DNA from: Girardia tigrina
Lineage: Eukaryota
Length of the DNA: 64,000 nt
NCBI GenBank assembly: GCA_001938485.1
Contig: MQRK01186363.1
Span: 9,320-73,319 of the forward strand
Reading direction: 5' to 3'
Shown here: positions 1 to 12,758 of the stretch, piece after piece
Layout: each line of letters begins with the position of its first letter
Position numbering within the stretch: position 1 is the stretch's first letter
Program-made: the position numbers and the translations under genes
The notes under the pieces: generated by a model
What the model was told of the DNA's origin: nothing
Seen by the model: only the letters and a program-made list of their open reading frames with translations
Database searches by the model: none

Positions 1-1515
1 AATGTATTGAACATAATGGACTTTATTTCGAATCATAATCTTTATTGTGCGTTGTTTTATGAACATTTTAATTTTTAATAAAAAGTGCCCCACAACTTAT
101 GACTCACCCTAATAGAAGAATGCAAATAAACCTAAAAAATAATAAATTTATCACATTCCAAAATTTCAAATGAATGGGAATTTAAATGGAAAAATAAAAC
201 ACGAAATTTTCTAAGATTCCCTCAGGAAGTCGAATTTTTCATGGTTCCTACCTTAATTTGATAATCCAAGAATCGAAAAGAAAAATCAAAATTTGATAAA
301 TCTTCCATGGATGAAACATCTTGACACCATATAATACTGCAATTTAACTCTTAAATATAAATAAAATAAATTATGAAACAAAAGAACCATAATTTTCAAA
401 CCTATGAATTTTTAAGATTTTAATTGTGCATAAATTAAAAAGATAATTAAAATTGACATAATATAAATAAATAATTTAGTTAATTATTATATAAAAAATT
501 AAAACGATTGATGTCTCTTTCAATTAAAATGAAACATCTTTATTTTAAATAAATAAATGCTATTTATGTAAAAATAAAAAATTAAATAGTATTTAAATAA
601 AAATAAATAAATATTTATTTAAATAAAAGTAATGAAAAATATTTATAATAAATAACTAAAATTAGAAATTATTTTGCCAATAAAATTAATAAACCATAAT
701 AAATAATAAAATTCATAATTATGAGTTCTTTGAAAATAGATAAAAAATGCCAAAATATATTTTGTAAAAAATAATGATTTTTATATATTTTACACATGAA
801 AAATATTCTTTTTGAAGTTGTTTGTTTATAGATTAACATATTTTTTAAAAAAAATTACCGTTCGTTACCATTTCTTTATAATTATTGATTTATATCTCAT
901 TGAATTTATCTTTTAATCAATAACTTACTTCCTTTGTTTAATGTCATGCATTTCCTCCAGAATCCCAGCCCACTCAATCCCACATATTATTTCCTTAATT
1001 TTCTTTAACATAATATTTAGACAAAAATATAAATAATATATAAATTTTTTTCCTTGATTAGTTGTAGAAAAAAAGAAGTGAAATTTTTTTAAAAAAAATA
1101 ATAATTTATTTTTGTTTTATAAATAAATGAATGAAAACAGTATGATTTTGTATTCAATAAATTTTATATTTTATGAAATAAAATATTATTATTTTTATTA
1201 TTATTATTATTATTAATATTATTTAAATGATATTTTATTTTTTTTTATTATTATTACTATTAATATTATTAATAATATTATCATAATTTCCTTTATTTTC
1301 AGAAGACGTATTGATACTTTAAATGTTTTACGCATTCAGATTATCCATAATTTTAGAAATTAAGATTTAAGTAATTTGATATTTGTACAAAAACGAGAAT
1401 TTTAGACTACATTACTTTTAATAAATAGAGGAGACTGTCTACATTCAAAATATTTATTTTGAATTGGTCTAAGGACAATTTTACTTTGACTTTTATTAAA
1501 ATCTAGAAAACTTTC

Positions 1516-2573
1516 TTATTGTTCTTTAAACAGTGATATCTCAATGAACAATGAAATAAGTATCACTGAAGTGTGCGCCTCAACAAGCAGACAGATAATC
1601 TTGTAGTCCTCTGAACCGTAGAACGAGAGCAGGTCTAGAATATTACCGCTTTCAACTCGGAAAGGGTTTCCATTGAGTGTGTGGTTCGTGTCATAGTTGC
1701 TCGGCTCAGATAACCCTTTAATACTCCGTCGAAGAAATTGAAGAGAATAATATGATATGTCTGATTGGTAATCTATAAGGACGACGAATTATCTCCGATA
1801 TTTCCTTTGGCATACGTAACAAAGTCCATTCAATCGTCGTCTCTTACACAATTGGTGATCGAATATATCGATAGAATGTATCTCTTGAAACAGATTGCCA
1901 CATAGATCTTGCATTTAGAAATAGAAATATTTCCCCACGATCAAATTCAAATCATTTTGGCCGTGAAATTAAAAGTCAACTATGCAACAGTCACTTTTTG
2001 GGTTAGATGTGATCCATTATGACTTTATGAAACCTAGTTTATTGATCACAGCAGATGTTTAGTGCAACTAATTGGAAAATATAATAAAGAAACTCAAAGA
2101 AAGGCAACCGCGTTTGGTTTTCAGGTCGACTTCCATCTTTCTCCATAACAATATTATTAGTAACATCAATAGGAGGTTTACAACATTTATTAATATTACA
2201 AGCGCATTCACTATTTGACATCTCTCTTCATCAATATTTTTTCTGAGTTCAAACTAATTATTTTCAATAAATGAAAATCTGTTAATAAAAATTATCAATT
2301 ATAAAGAATCTAATTGGTTAAAATTAAATCTAAACATTTTTTAAAAAAGAACATATTAAATTAATATATTAAAATTTTAAATTACATTAAAAAATAAATA
2401 ATACATTCAAAAATTATTTTAAATCTTTTTACTTTAAAATTAAAATAAATTATTTTTAATTAGTAAGAATCAAAGATAATATCAATCATCCATCTATGTA
2501 GGAGAGGCGCAATCCAAATCAACATATACCATGCACAATATAAAACAACAAACAATTCAATACATTCCTCACA
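1516..2573 (-). repeat. LTR (second TGTGAGGA start nested in the 3' LTR) carrying a degenerate Cys-motif ORF
   Basis: TGTGAGGAATG start at 2573 duplicates the start at 2788. It shares CTCTCCTAC..GATGG and AACCAATTAGA blocks with the copies at 24566, 33930 and 61106. Confidence 0.7.
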
Positions 2574-2783
2574 GTCCTTATCTTTCTTCCAGATACATAC
2601 TATAGGTATCTTCTATTGTGAGTTACATTGTCTGATTATTCCGTAAGTGTCTCAGAGAAATCGTGCACAATATAGTGTTTTATAAAAAAACGAAACTTTT
2701 TTTTGATCATAATCAATAAATAATGCTCAAATAGTCCAGATGAATTAACATGCACAATATCAACACACTATTCAAAACATTCC

Positions 2784-3739
2784 TCACATCCCTCTCGGTT
2801 TAAATGGCTTTAGCCATTCAACATTTCTAATCAAAATTCTACCATCTTCGAGCTGTAACTCGTAACTCCATTCGTGATTTCGTTTCAACACAATTGCCGG
2901 ACCCATGTAACGGTCATCTTCTTTTGATATATTTGCTTTTTCTATCAACACTCTGTCTCCAACTTCAAAAACACTTTTTGTCTTCACATTTTGTTCGAAA
3001 TTAAGTTGGTTTCTGTTAGTTTCTTTATTGTTTTTCCACCAATGTCTTAATCGTCTCCCAAATATTATTTCAGCCGGTGAAACACCTGCCGTAGCTTGAA
3101 CTGTACTGTTCAACATAAATTCTATTTCCGACAAAACTTCTGTCCAATCTCTGCGGTTTCCGTCCTTCATTCTAATATTTATAGCATCTCTGATTGTTCG
3201 AAATTGTCTTTCCACTATCCCATTTGTATTATGATGATATGGACTTGAATAGATTATCACGATTTTGTACCTTTTAACTGTATCTTTGAACAAATCTGAT
3301 TCAAATGGTTTTCCTCTATCAACATGAATTTCTTTTGGAGGTCCAAATTTCCATATAACTGTTTTTTCATCTTGACTAGCAACTGCATGAAGGCTAATAT
3401 ATCTACTGAATTGGTCTACTATTGCAAGTACGTATTGATATCCGTTTACGTTTCTTTTGAATGGTCCACAGAAGCCCATGTATATTTTCTGGAAAGGTTC
3501 ATCTGCCAACAATTTTATATGTTTTTCTTTCGTTTTCGCTGTTAATGTCTTTTTTGACAATTTAAATAAGTTTGGACTATTTCTTTAATGACATTCCTCA
3601 TATTTTCCATGTCAAAATCTTCTCGAAGATAGTTATAGACTTTTTTACTACCAGCATGGCATAACAGCTTGTGCATCTCTTCAATAAAATCTGTTCGTTT
3701 TTCTTTTGGGATCCAGTATTTATTGTCCTGAGTTGCCAC
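2784..3739 (-). pseudogene. Gypsy integrase (H2C2 zinc finger, DDE core, C-terminal GPY/F-like region), frameshifted
   Basis: MHKLLCHAG...CQK, then YVLAIVDQFSRY, HVDRG..F, SPYHHNTNGIVERQFRT and RYMGP motifs, split over two ORFs. Confidence 0.93.
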
Positions 3740-3938
3740 GATGTCATTTTTTAGTGTCCATTTCCTCGTTTTCCCTTTTCTGATATCTTCAACAATTTAT
3801 TTTATTTCTTCATTATTCTTTTGCCATTTGAAACCCTCTGACTCTTCGTTCAATGCATGAATTCTCGTCTTGATCTTTCCTTTCTTGGCTTCTTCATGCA
3901 TCGTCTGACATTGGCTACACAATTCGCAAGAATTTTGA

Positions 3939-5038
3939 TTGGGTTGGCCAAAAAGTCATTGCGTTTTTTTACTAAAATATTTATTATCAAAAAATGACAT
4001 GGATGCACAAATATTTTTACACGATATACTGTCCATTATTTTCAATCACTTTCTTCCACCTTTCCGGTAGCTTCATTATTCCTGATTCATAAAAACCTTT
4101 GCCTTTGTCAGCAAAAACGCCGTCTAGGAACGATTTGATGTCATCATCACTGGCGAATGTTTTTTCTGTTTAAGGAATTCTGCAGGGATCTAAATAAGTG
4201 AAACTCCAATTGGGCCAAGTCTGGAGAATACGGCGGGTGCCGCAAAACCTTCCAACCCAGCGATAAGAGTTTCTGGTGAGTGGTCAAACTTGTATGCGGT
4301 CTTGCGTTATCATGCTGAATTACAACTGAATTTCTGATTTTGGGAACGTTTTGTCTATGATCGTCGGCGTTCCACATTGTTGTAAACAATCCATTTTTCG
4401 TCACCCGTAATCAAGCGCTTCAAAAATGGATCACTTTATTCTCACTTCAAAAGGGAATCGCAAATGTCTATGCGTTTCACCAAATGAATTTCTTTCAGTT
4501 CATGTGGTAACCACATATCGAATTTACTTACGAATTCAAGTTTCTTTAAATGACTTCCAACACTTTATTTTCATATTTCCAGAGTCTCTGCAACTTATCT
4601 TGTCGTCATATGTGGATTTAATTTGCTCAGTGATGTTATTTTGTCGCCATCAACTTCAACTGGTCGACCGGAGTGTGGTGCATCTTTCAGATGAAATTTT
4701 TCAGAACGAAATTTAGAAAACCAGTATTGACACTGTCGAAGTTTTNNNNNNNNNNNNNNNNNNNNNNNNNNNNNNNNNNNNNNNNNNNNNNNNNNNNNNN
4801 NNNNNNNNNNNNNNNNNNNNNNNNNNNNNNNNNNNNNNNNNNNNNNNNNNNNNNNNNNNNNNNNNNNNNNNNNNNNNNNNNNNNNNNNNACAAAATCAAT
4901 TAATATTTTGTATAAAAATAGTATGAAAATTAAGGTTTCAGAATATATAATTGAATTTAAATTTTATCACATCGTTTTATATTTTCAAGCTTTTTATTAG
5001 GACGTACTAAAAAACGCAATGACTTTTTGGGAACCCAA
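3939..5038 (-). mobile_element. Mariner (DD34D) transposon inserted in Gypsy pol; contains an assembly gap
   Basis: TIRs TTGGGTTGGCCAAAAAGTCATTGCGTTTTTT (from 3939) and its near reverse complement (ending 5038). TA at 5039-5040; left flank is GA. Motifs QHDNARPH, HPPYSPDLA and C-terminal GIMKLPERWKKVIENNGQY. Removing it rejoins NADAMS to KNSCELCSQCQ of pol. Confidence 0.95.
4746..4889. other. Assembly gap (N run)
   Basis: Run of N. Confidence 1.
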
Positions 5039-5040
5039 TA

Positions 5041-6476
5041 GACATCGCATCAGCATTTGAATGTTTCTCACCTTCCCGATATTCTATTTTCATGTCAAGA
5101 CCACTAAGAAAATTTATCCATGTTTGAAACTGTGGTGTAATAGCGTTTTTCGTAGTCATCATAAAAGTGATAGCTTTATGATCCGTTCGTAACAAAAATC
5201 TTTTCCCATATAAAAATGTTTAAAATGTTGAGTGAAATAATAAATTGCAAGCAGTTCTTTCCTTGTAATGCAATAACCAAGTTCATGTTAATTCATTTTA
5301 TGGGAACAATATGCAATTACTCTTTCTCTTCTACACATGACTTTCTATGATAGCACCGCTCCTATAGTATCAAAACTTGCATCTGTATCGAGTATAAAGT
5401 CTTTTGAAAAATCAGGGTATGCCAAAATTGGTGTCTTAATCATTCTCTCTTTTAATTTTTGAAAAGCTTCATCAGATTCTTCAGTCCAAATTAGTTTTTT
5501 ATCCTTGCTCTTACCACATAAGCCTTCTAAAACCTTTGCATATCTAGCGTAATCCTTTATGAATTTCCTGTAGTAATTCGTCAAACCCAAAAAGCTTCTT
5601 AAATGTTTGATACATGATGGGTTTTGAAATTTTCTAATTGCATCAATCTTTGTTTTATCTGTCATAATACCTTCTTTACTTATGACATATCCTAAAAATT
5701 TCGTTTTATCTACTAGGAATTGACATTTCTCTGGATTTATTCTCAAGCCGGATTCTTAAATTTTCTCAAATATGTTATGTATTCTTTGAAGATGTTCTTC
5801 TCTATCTTTTGCAAAAATCAAAATATCATCCAAATTTACGACTGCTTCTTTCCAATTCAAATCTTCTAGAACTTTCACCATTAATTCTTGAAAGGTAGCT
5901 GGAGCCGCTGCAATTCCAAAAGGCATTCTTTTAAAACAATATTGACCATTCTTTGTTGAAAANNNAGTTTTAATCTTTGAATCTTCTTCTAATTCAACCT
6001 GATAATATGCATTTCCCAGATCGATTGTACTAAAATATTTTGCTCCATTCAACGTGTTTAACATGTCATCCACATTTGGCATGGGAAATGCTGTTCTTAC
6101 CGGAATTTTATTTAACTGTCGAAAATCGACACATACTCGGATGACTTGTTTCTCTTTTTTTCCATACACACACCAGAGAGAAGTTCCATGGAGAACTACA
6201 CTTTTCGATTATACCGTTTTCTATAAAATTTCTAATGACATCATCTAGTTTCTCTTCAAAATGTTGTGGTAGTCGATAAGGCTTCACTAAGACTGGTTCT
6301 CCACGAGTTTCTATTTTGTGTTTCCTTAAGGAAGTTTTCCCAACATCCCACTTGTTAGCCAAGAGTATTGATTTATATTCTGTTAATAGTCTCATTAAAT
6401 CGTAGTCAACTTTGGTGTTAAATATTTTTTTAATTCTCTTTAGTCTGTTATCATCTGTTGTACTATCTCTAATCAT
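5041..6476 (-). pseudogene. Gypsy reverse transcriptase and RNase H, degenerate
   Basis: RVCVDFRQLN, YFSTIDLGNAYYQV, RMPFGIAAAPATFQ, NLDDILIF (YxDD variant), FLGLTNYYRKFI, ILDTDAS, TRKELLAI and LRTDHKA motifs, with internal stops and frameshifts. Confidence 0.95.
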
Positions 6477-6599
6477 CCATATGTCACTTGAATCTATAGT
6501 TTCCTTCTTTAGTTTTATTTCAAATTTATCCTGCTATCATTTCTGGGTTGATTTCTTTAACTACATAAAACTCTATAATTTTTTGTACTCCTTCAATTG

Positions 6600-6908
6600 T
6601 TACTTTTAATTTACCAATTCCATAATTTATAAGTTCTGAATCATTTGCACAATGAATGTGTTTACTCGTTTCTCTATCTGAACATATTTCATACTTTTAA
6701 GTATATCTACTTAAACAACATTTTCTTTGGCACCGGTATCCAAAAGACATTCAACATTCATATTCTTTGTATTAAATTCAATGTTTGGTCTTCCATTCAA
6801 TTTGTCATATCTAATATTGAGCTTTGATATTTTCAACATTTCTTCCTGTTTCAACTTTTGCGATTTTGTCTTTATCTCCTTATCAAAACAAATTCTTTTT
6901 TCCAACAA
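6600..6908 (-). pseudogene. Gypsy aspartic protease region
   Basis: RPNIEF...VECLLDTGAKENV, located between gag and RT. Confidence 0.85.
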
Positions 6909-7028
6909 TCTTATTCACAAACTTCGAGAGGGGTATCTTCCACCACACAATCACACATACAGTCATACATACAATTGCATACACAATCACATACACACAC
7001 ATTTTTACTTTTTAATGAAGCACACTGA

Positions 7029-8040
7029 TCACTTCCCCTTGTGATCGTACATCCTCGTTTCCCTGGTCTTTCTCTTATCTGTAATCATTTTTTGCCTCGA
7101 GTTTCCTTCATTTGATCGTGTTTCTTCATATTCGTTGTAATAGTTTTCATCATGCATTTCTGCAATATCATATCTTCGGTTTTGATGCCTCTGATGATTT
7201 TGAGGGTCATTTGCTCTTTGCCATTCATTTTTTCTGGCATCTTGGTCTCTTTCTTTAAATCTATTCTTGTTTATGTAGCATTGCGTCCTGATATGACCAT
7301 TTTTATTGCAATAAGAACACTTTATATTTGGACAGTTTCGTCTGATGTGACCTTCTTCGTGACATGTCCAGCATTTTACAACATTTGAATAATTATTTCT
7401 AGGTTTGTATTCATTATTTCTTTGATTAGTGTACCTATTTTCGAAATTTCTTTGTTGGTTGCGTTCTATATATTGTGGTTTACGTTTACCTACCGTTTTC
7501 CATTGATCATGTTTACCTACCGTGTTGTATGCCGCAACTGTTTCTTCTTTTTCCATTTTGCGTAGTTCATACATATTTAAAACTACATCTTTTATGTCCT
7601 TTGTTTCGGTAGCTCCTCTCAATTTCAATTCTCTTTTCACCTCATAATCGTCAACCATATTCATGAAAACAAGGTTGAGCAGCTTTTTCTTAGAAAGTTT
7701 ACTTTCTGTTAATATCGTTACTAATTCTTCGGCTTTTTGAACGTTTCTTCTGGATCTGAAGATCCCCACCGGAGATTTAAAATATCCTTCACTGTGTCGA
7801 GCAAAGATTTTTTTTCACAAATGACGTTTTAAGTTTTTCTTTATATGTATTTCCATCTGTTTCTGAAAATTTTGTGATTGCTGATGGAGTCATGAAGATC
7901 GTCACCATCACTAATCTTCTATCTTCTGTTATACCCATAATATCCGCATAACGTTCGAAATTTTTTATGAAGTCATCTAAGTTCCACTCGGATCCATCAA
8001 ATTTTTCGTGTCCCTTAATGTTCGTCTTTGTTGATAAATA
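7029..8040 (-). pseudogene. Gypsy gag with two CX2CX4HX4C zinc knuckles, frameshifted
   Basis: CWTCHEEGHIRRNC and CSYCNKNGHIRTQC. An upstream frame reads KFDGSEWNLDDFIKNFERYA, typical of a gag N-terminus. Confidence 0.9.
7057..7063 (-). promoter_or_regulatory. Putative -1 ribosomal frameshift heptamer GGGAAAC at the gag/pol junction
   Basis: CAG GGA AAC at the gag 3' end. The -1 frame is open for 50 codons (GKRGCT...). Confidence 0.6.
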
Positions 8041-8644
8041 TTTATTTCAATGAAGAAATATGTTTTTCAAACAAATTATAATTTTACAGCAATCTTAAAA
8101 TAATCTCAAAAAAATTCTTAAAACAAAAAAATATTCTTTTACTACAATCCTCAAAAAATTTCTCAATTAATTTTTTAAAAAAAATATATACAAAATCCTG
8201 CGGCGAGTTTTCTGCGACCGATTGTCCTGCTCCGATTTTGCTCTTTTCTCAGTCATATCTCTGACGCTTAGTTTCTTGGAAACTTTTGATCAAACACCAA
8301 ACATTTATATGGTTTACTGGTTCCTCTCACTCAAGATACTTTGTAGAATTTAAAAACTATGGAGCGGTGTATATGCGACCTAATTTAATTCAAAGTTAAA
8401 AATTAGTTTAACTTTTTTTTGAACTGTTGATTCCTTACACTCATAATTAATTAAAAAATAGAATAAATTGAAAACAAAATTTAATAAATTAGTAATTATT
8501 TAGCCCTTGACAATTTTTCCTTTCATAATTTGATCATTTTTTTGCTATAGATAAATAACTTTCGTTTTAAAGGGTTTTAAGGAAACCTGTATGGTGAAAG
8601 GAACTTAACGAAACTGTAGAACGAAATAATGAAAACTAAAATAA

Positions 8645-9030
8645 AATTTGGTCTCGGTATAACATACCTTTGTATAACGTAAACCTTTGTATAACGTAAT
8701 TTTTTTAAAAAACCCTGCCAAAAAGCAGATGCAGATTCGATTGACGAGCCTGTCGTTAAAGCTCGAAAGTAAGAGAGGCTCCCAGCAAGCGTCATCGTTA
8801 CTTAGAATACAACTACGAAAACAGAAAAAAATGTAAAGATGTACGTTGAGATTGAAGAACATTTAATTAGAGGCAAATTAATAACGGAAACAGACATCTA
8901 TTCTCGATTATATATCTCGGTCTAATTTGATTAATAAATTCATGGGGTTTTTATTGGTTCTAAATAAAGTACCTTCTATATAACGTATATTTTTTAGTCC
9001 CGTGAGTTACGTTATATAGAGACTCGATTG
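8645..9030. mobile_element. pogo/Tigger-type MITE, degenerate
   Basis: Right end ...CGTTATATAGAGACTCGATTG followed by TA. Repeated subterminal TATAACG motifs near both ends. Confidence 0.55.
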
Positions 9031-10539
9031 TAAAACTATTAGATTAACTTATTCTTCATTATTCCCCATTTTAAGGATATATAACAAATGTTCTTTCTTT
9101 TGAATAATTAAACTTCCTTTAAAATGTTATATAAAATAGAAAATAAAACAATAATAAATATTTGTATTTTTAAAAACAAAGTGAAAAATTTATTTATATA
9201 ATTTAATTAAAAAGCAATATTTAATATTGAAAACAGGATCATTAAAATATAATATAATTAATAATATTATATTTTTGTTTGCATCCAACCTCTTTTAGAA
9301 ATAATGGAAATTAAAATAAATTATTAAATATAATGCATAATTTAATGTAACTTTTATTTCTTTGTTTTTTGTAGTTTGCTGTTGCTTTTTTGGTAATTTA
9401 TCTCATTAAAATCTGTAATTTCAATTTTATTACTTTCTCCGAGATTAATAAAGTTAATTAAAACCGTTGAATCTTGAAGCTGAGGATTAAAATTTGAGGA
9501 TTCTAATTTAAAGTTTCTCGATTTTCTTTTACAATTTTATATGTAATTAAAACACGTATAATAATCAGAGGAAAAAGTTGCATTTAATGAACAAGTATTC
9601 ATTTTAATCACTTATTTGTTTCAAGCAACACCTGGCTTCATTAAAAATATAAAGAAAATCTTTTTAATTATTTTCAAAAATCAATAAAAACTTATTTTTT
9701 TTCAGTTTCATTAAAATATAATTATTCTTTTCTTGACTTTTATTATTTTGAAATAAATTTTTTTCGATAAAAGAAAATCATTTCATTAAAAGAATTTTTC
9801 AAATAGATTTTGCTTTTATTGCTTTACATATACTTTTGTTATAATCATTCTTTTTTCGAAATGTCTTATTCCAAAATGCTGCTCTTCCTAATTGACAATA
9901 TTTAATATTTTTGGAGAAAAGTGATAATTTTTAAAATTTAAAATATTGTAAAATTAATATTGATGTCTGTTCCTCTTGATATTCAGGCTGCCTTAAGGTC
10001 TTAAGGTAGTAGTGGTAGAGTAACAGGGGCGGAATAGAAGATCGGGGGTTTTGGATTCTTACTGGTCCCATTTGTTTGCAGAGAGAGAATAAATGATCGC
10101 CCATAGAAAAGTAATTTCATATCTTTAAATCATTAGTTGATATAATGCGTTCAAAAAAAAATTTTTTTATTTTGTGAATTAAAATATTTTGATAATAATA
10201 TTGTAATATAAAAATTTAAATTAATAAGAGTTTTAAAGAAATTTCCATATCAGTATTTAGTCCTGGTGGCTGAAGGAATTTTCCGTGCTCTGGGGCACTT
10301 AACTGTGGGAGGACCCGTTCACTCCGGATTTTGGTAGAGCTGAGCATCCCCATCGTAATTAACCGATACTGAGCATTTCAGGATCAAGAGAATTTCCCGG
10401 GTTTCTCGATTGGCCATTTTGATTTCACTGTTAGATCATGTGGTGATGAAATGTAATCGTTGATCCTTATTAAAGTTCTTCTGTCCGCAAAGAACACCCT
10501 CAGATATTTCTGAACTGAAACTCAATGACGATTTGATTA

Positions 10540-12758
10540 CACTGTGTAAAAATTTTTTTTGAAAGTTTCTCCCGCAAACGGTTTTCAAAATTTTTTGATA
10601 GTTTTCAACATGCTGGTTTTGAATTTGTTATCGGTTTTCTTTTTCCGTCTCTGAATTAATATAGGAACTTAAAAAAAAGATTTAGCAAAAAAACCCTCAT
10701 TTTTTAATTTTTTTCGTTTCAGATTTGTTGTAATGACCAGAAAACGTTCCACAAGAGGTTATAGTTCAAAATATTAATAGCAAAGAAGCTCAAACTAACA
10801 AGAATAGCATAACAGTGGATTGTAAAGTCATGTGTGAACAATCAAAAGTGAAGGTTTGAATGAGACTATCTTTTTTTGTTGTGTACTATCGTCTCTAATC
10901 AAAAATCAAAGGTAATCTCTATCATTGCTGTATCACACGCTCCTTGGTACCTTTTTTCCATTGTTTGCATATCCTGGTGGAAGTGCTCCCCCTGTTCCTC
11001 GTTAAAGTCCCCAAGGTTTTCCCGAAACCAATGTAGATGCGAATGCAAATAATGAAGTTTCACTGACATTCTTCAGTCCAGTTTTTCGAAGTGTTTGTGC
11101 AAATCTTTGATCAGTAGTTGGTACTCGTCACTCTTCTCATTTCCCAAAAAATCTTTCAGAACTTTTCTAAAGGCTCTCCAAGCATTCTTTTCTTTAGGAG
11201 TCATCTTCGTTTTCAAGTCCTCTGACACAAACATAAGTCTATTTTAAGGGCCCGTGAATATACCAACCTGGACTTTAGCTTCAGACAACTTAGAAAACAT
11301 TTTGCTAATATATATGAAAGCCCGTCCGCTGGGATTTAAAGCTTTTACAAATTGTTTCGCAAGTCCAAGCTTTATATGTAATGGCGACAGCAAGATCTTT
11401 TTTTCCGACTAAAGCAGGGTGTATGAAATTGTTCTTTCCAGGATGAAGTGTATCTCTAAGGGGCTAATCTTTTGTAGCATATCGTTGATCTGTAGCCCGA
11501 CTGTCCGAGAGACAAAGAAAGCAGGAATATTTTGTATATCCGCCTTGTAATCCAAGCAAAAATCTAATCATCTTAAAGTTTGCGCAGACCTTCCACTTAT
11601 ATTTGTCGTAATCAACCATTTGTAATAAGATTTTCACATTTCCGTAATCTTCTTTGAGGTGGACGGAATGGGCTATTGGAATAGAAGGGAAAATATTATG
11701 GAGTAAAACAGTCTTTAAGCTTCTAATTGAGCTATCGAAAAATAGCCGCCAGTGACTTGGATGATGTTCATAACCAATTTCTTGAAAAAGCCCAGTCACG
11801 TCTGAGCAGTAGCACAACGAGTCTTTCATCGTATAAAACTTCGAGAAACATTCATGTCATTTTCGATAAATTGATGATTTGCAGGTTAGATCCAAATTCC
11901 ACTCTTTCAAACGAGAGGTAAGTAATTCAGCGTTTGATTTCGCAAGTTCTAAGTCTCTTATTAAGTCACTAAGCTCCTGTTGATAAGGAAATTGCGGGAC
12001 ATTCTTTGGACTTCTTCAACAAAATCCACATCAGTGGTCACTATCTTCATTTTAAGAAAACTCATTGTCTGAGAAGCTTTTAGAGGTGGTGGTTGAGGTA
12101 CTGGTAATTCTTTAGAGTGGAGCACTGGGGCTAAAAATGATGGGATGTTGGGATAAATAAGACTTTCTCGATATCTGGGATTTTTACATTTGGAATGTCT
12201 GCCATACAGTAATAGAAATCATCGTGGTAATTTGTTGGCTCTCTCCATATCCGAGGGATTCCAAAAGACATGCTGCTGAACTATTTAGCTGCTGCTTAAG
12301 CTGTCATTTAGCTATTTTCTTAAATATGAACGGCAAGTATCACAACTGAAATGTGGCACCCATGATTTGTCTTGATCAGTGACAGGAACACCAAAGTAAG
12401 CCTTATAAGCAGTGTATAATGTACTACCAGTCGAAAATGCATATTTTGGTTGTTTTGGAGCTATATAATACCCGCATATATAGCAAAAGGAGTCGTGGGA
12501 GATTTTACCATCTCGCTTGCTCGTCATGGTAGGTAATGAAAATACTTAATAATGTAAATGAGTTATTGATACGTTTAAACAAAAGGGAAGTCTATTGCGT
12601 ATTAATCTAAAACAGAAAAATAGAAAATAAAGAAAATATTAAATAGCGGCAAATAATTAGATGGTGTGCAAAAACTAATATCCTATTCGTTATCAGCATA
12701 CTCAAATTGTGTAAGGAACATAGAAATTGTTTTTGCGAGAAAAAATTGTTACACAGTG
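10540..12758 (-). mobile_element. Chapaev3 (CMC superfamily) DNA transposon, full length with decayed transposase
   Basis: Termini CACTGTGTAA / TTACACAGTG with 3-bp TTA duplication on both sides. Transposase fragments FCYICG..AYKAYFG..DQDKSWVPH..C, WRLFFDSS..SLKTVLLHN and LLGLQGGYTKYSCFLC. Confidence 0.9.

Larger units (their letters stand above)
1516..8040 (-). mobile_element. Ty3/Gypsy LTR retrotransposon, degenerate (gag-PR-RT-RH-IN followed by 3' LTR region); both outer limits approximate
   Basis: Minus-strand domain order: gag with CCHC knuckles, LLDTGA protease, RT, RNase H (ILDTDAS), integrase. The polypurine tract GAGAGGGA (2796-2789) is followed directly by TGTGAGGA at 2788. Multiple stops and frameshifts. 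Confidence 0.92.

Noticed and set aside
4673-4903. ORFs spanning the N run
   Set aside because: Artefacts of the assembly gap.
1516-6476. Alternative genetic code (TAA/TAG read as Gln), suggested by in-frame stops such as GAVLS*
   Set aside because: The mariner transposase ends on TAA at the expected position, and the same ORFs contain frameshifts. Ordinary decay explains the stops.
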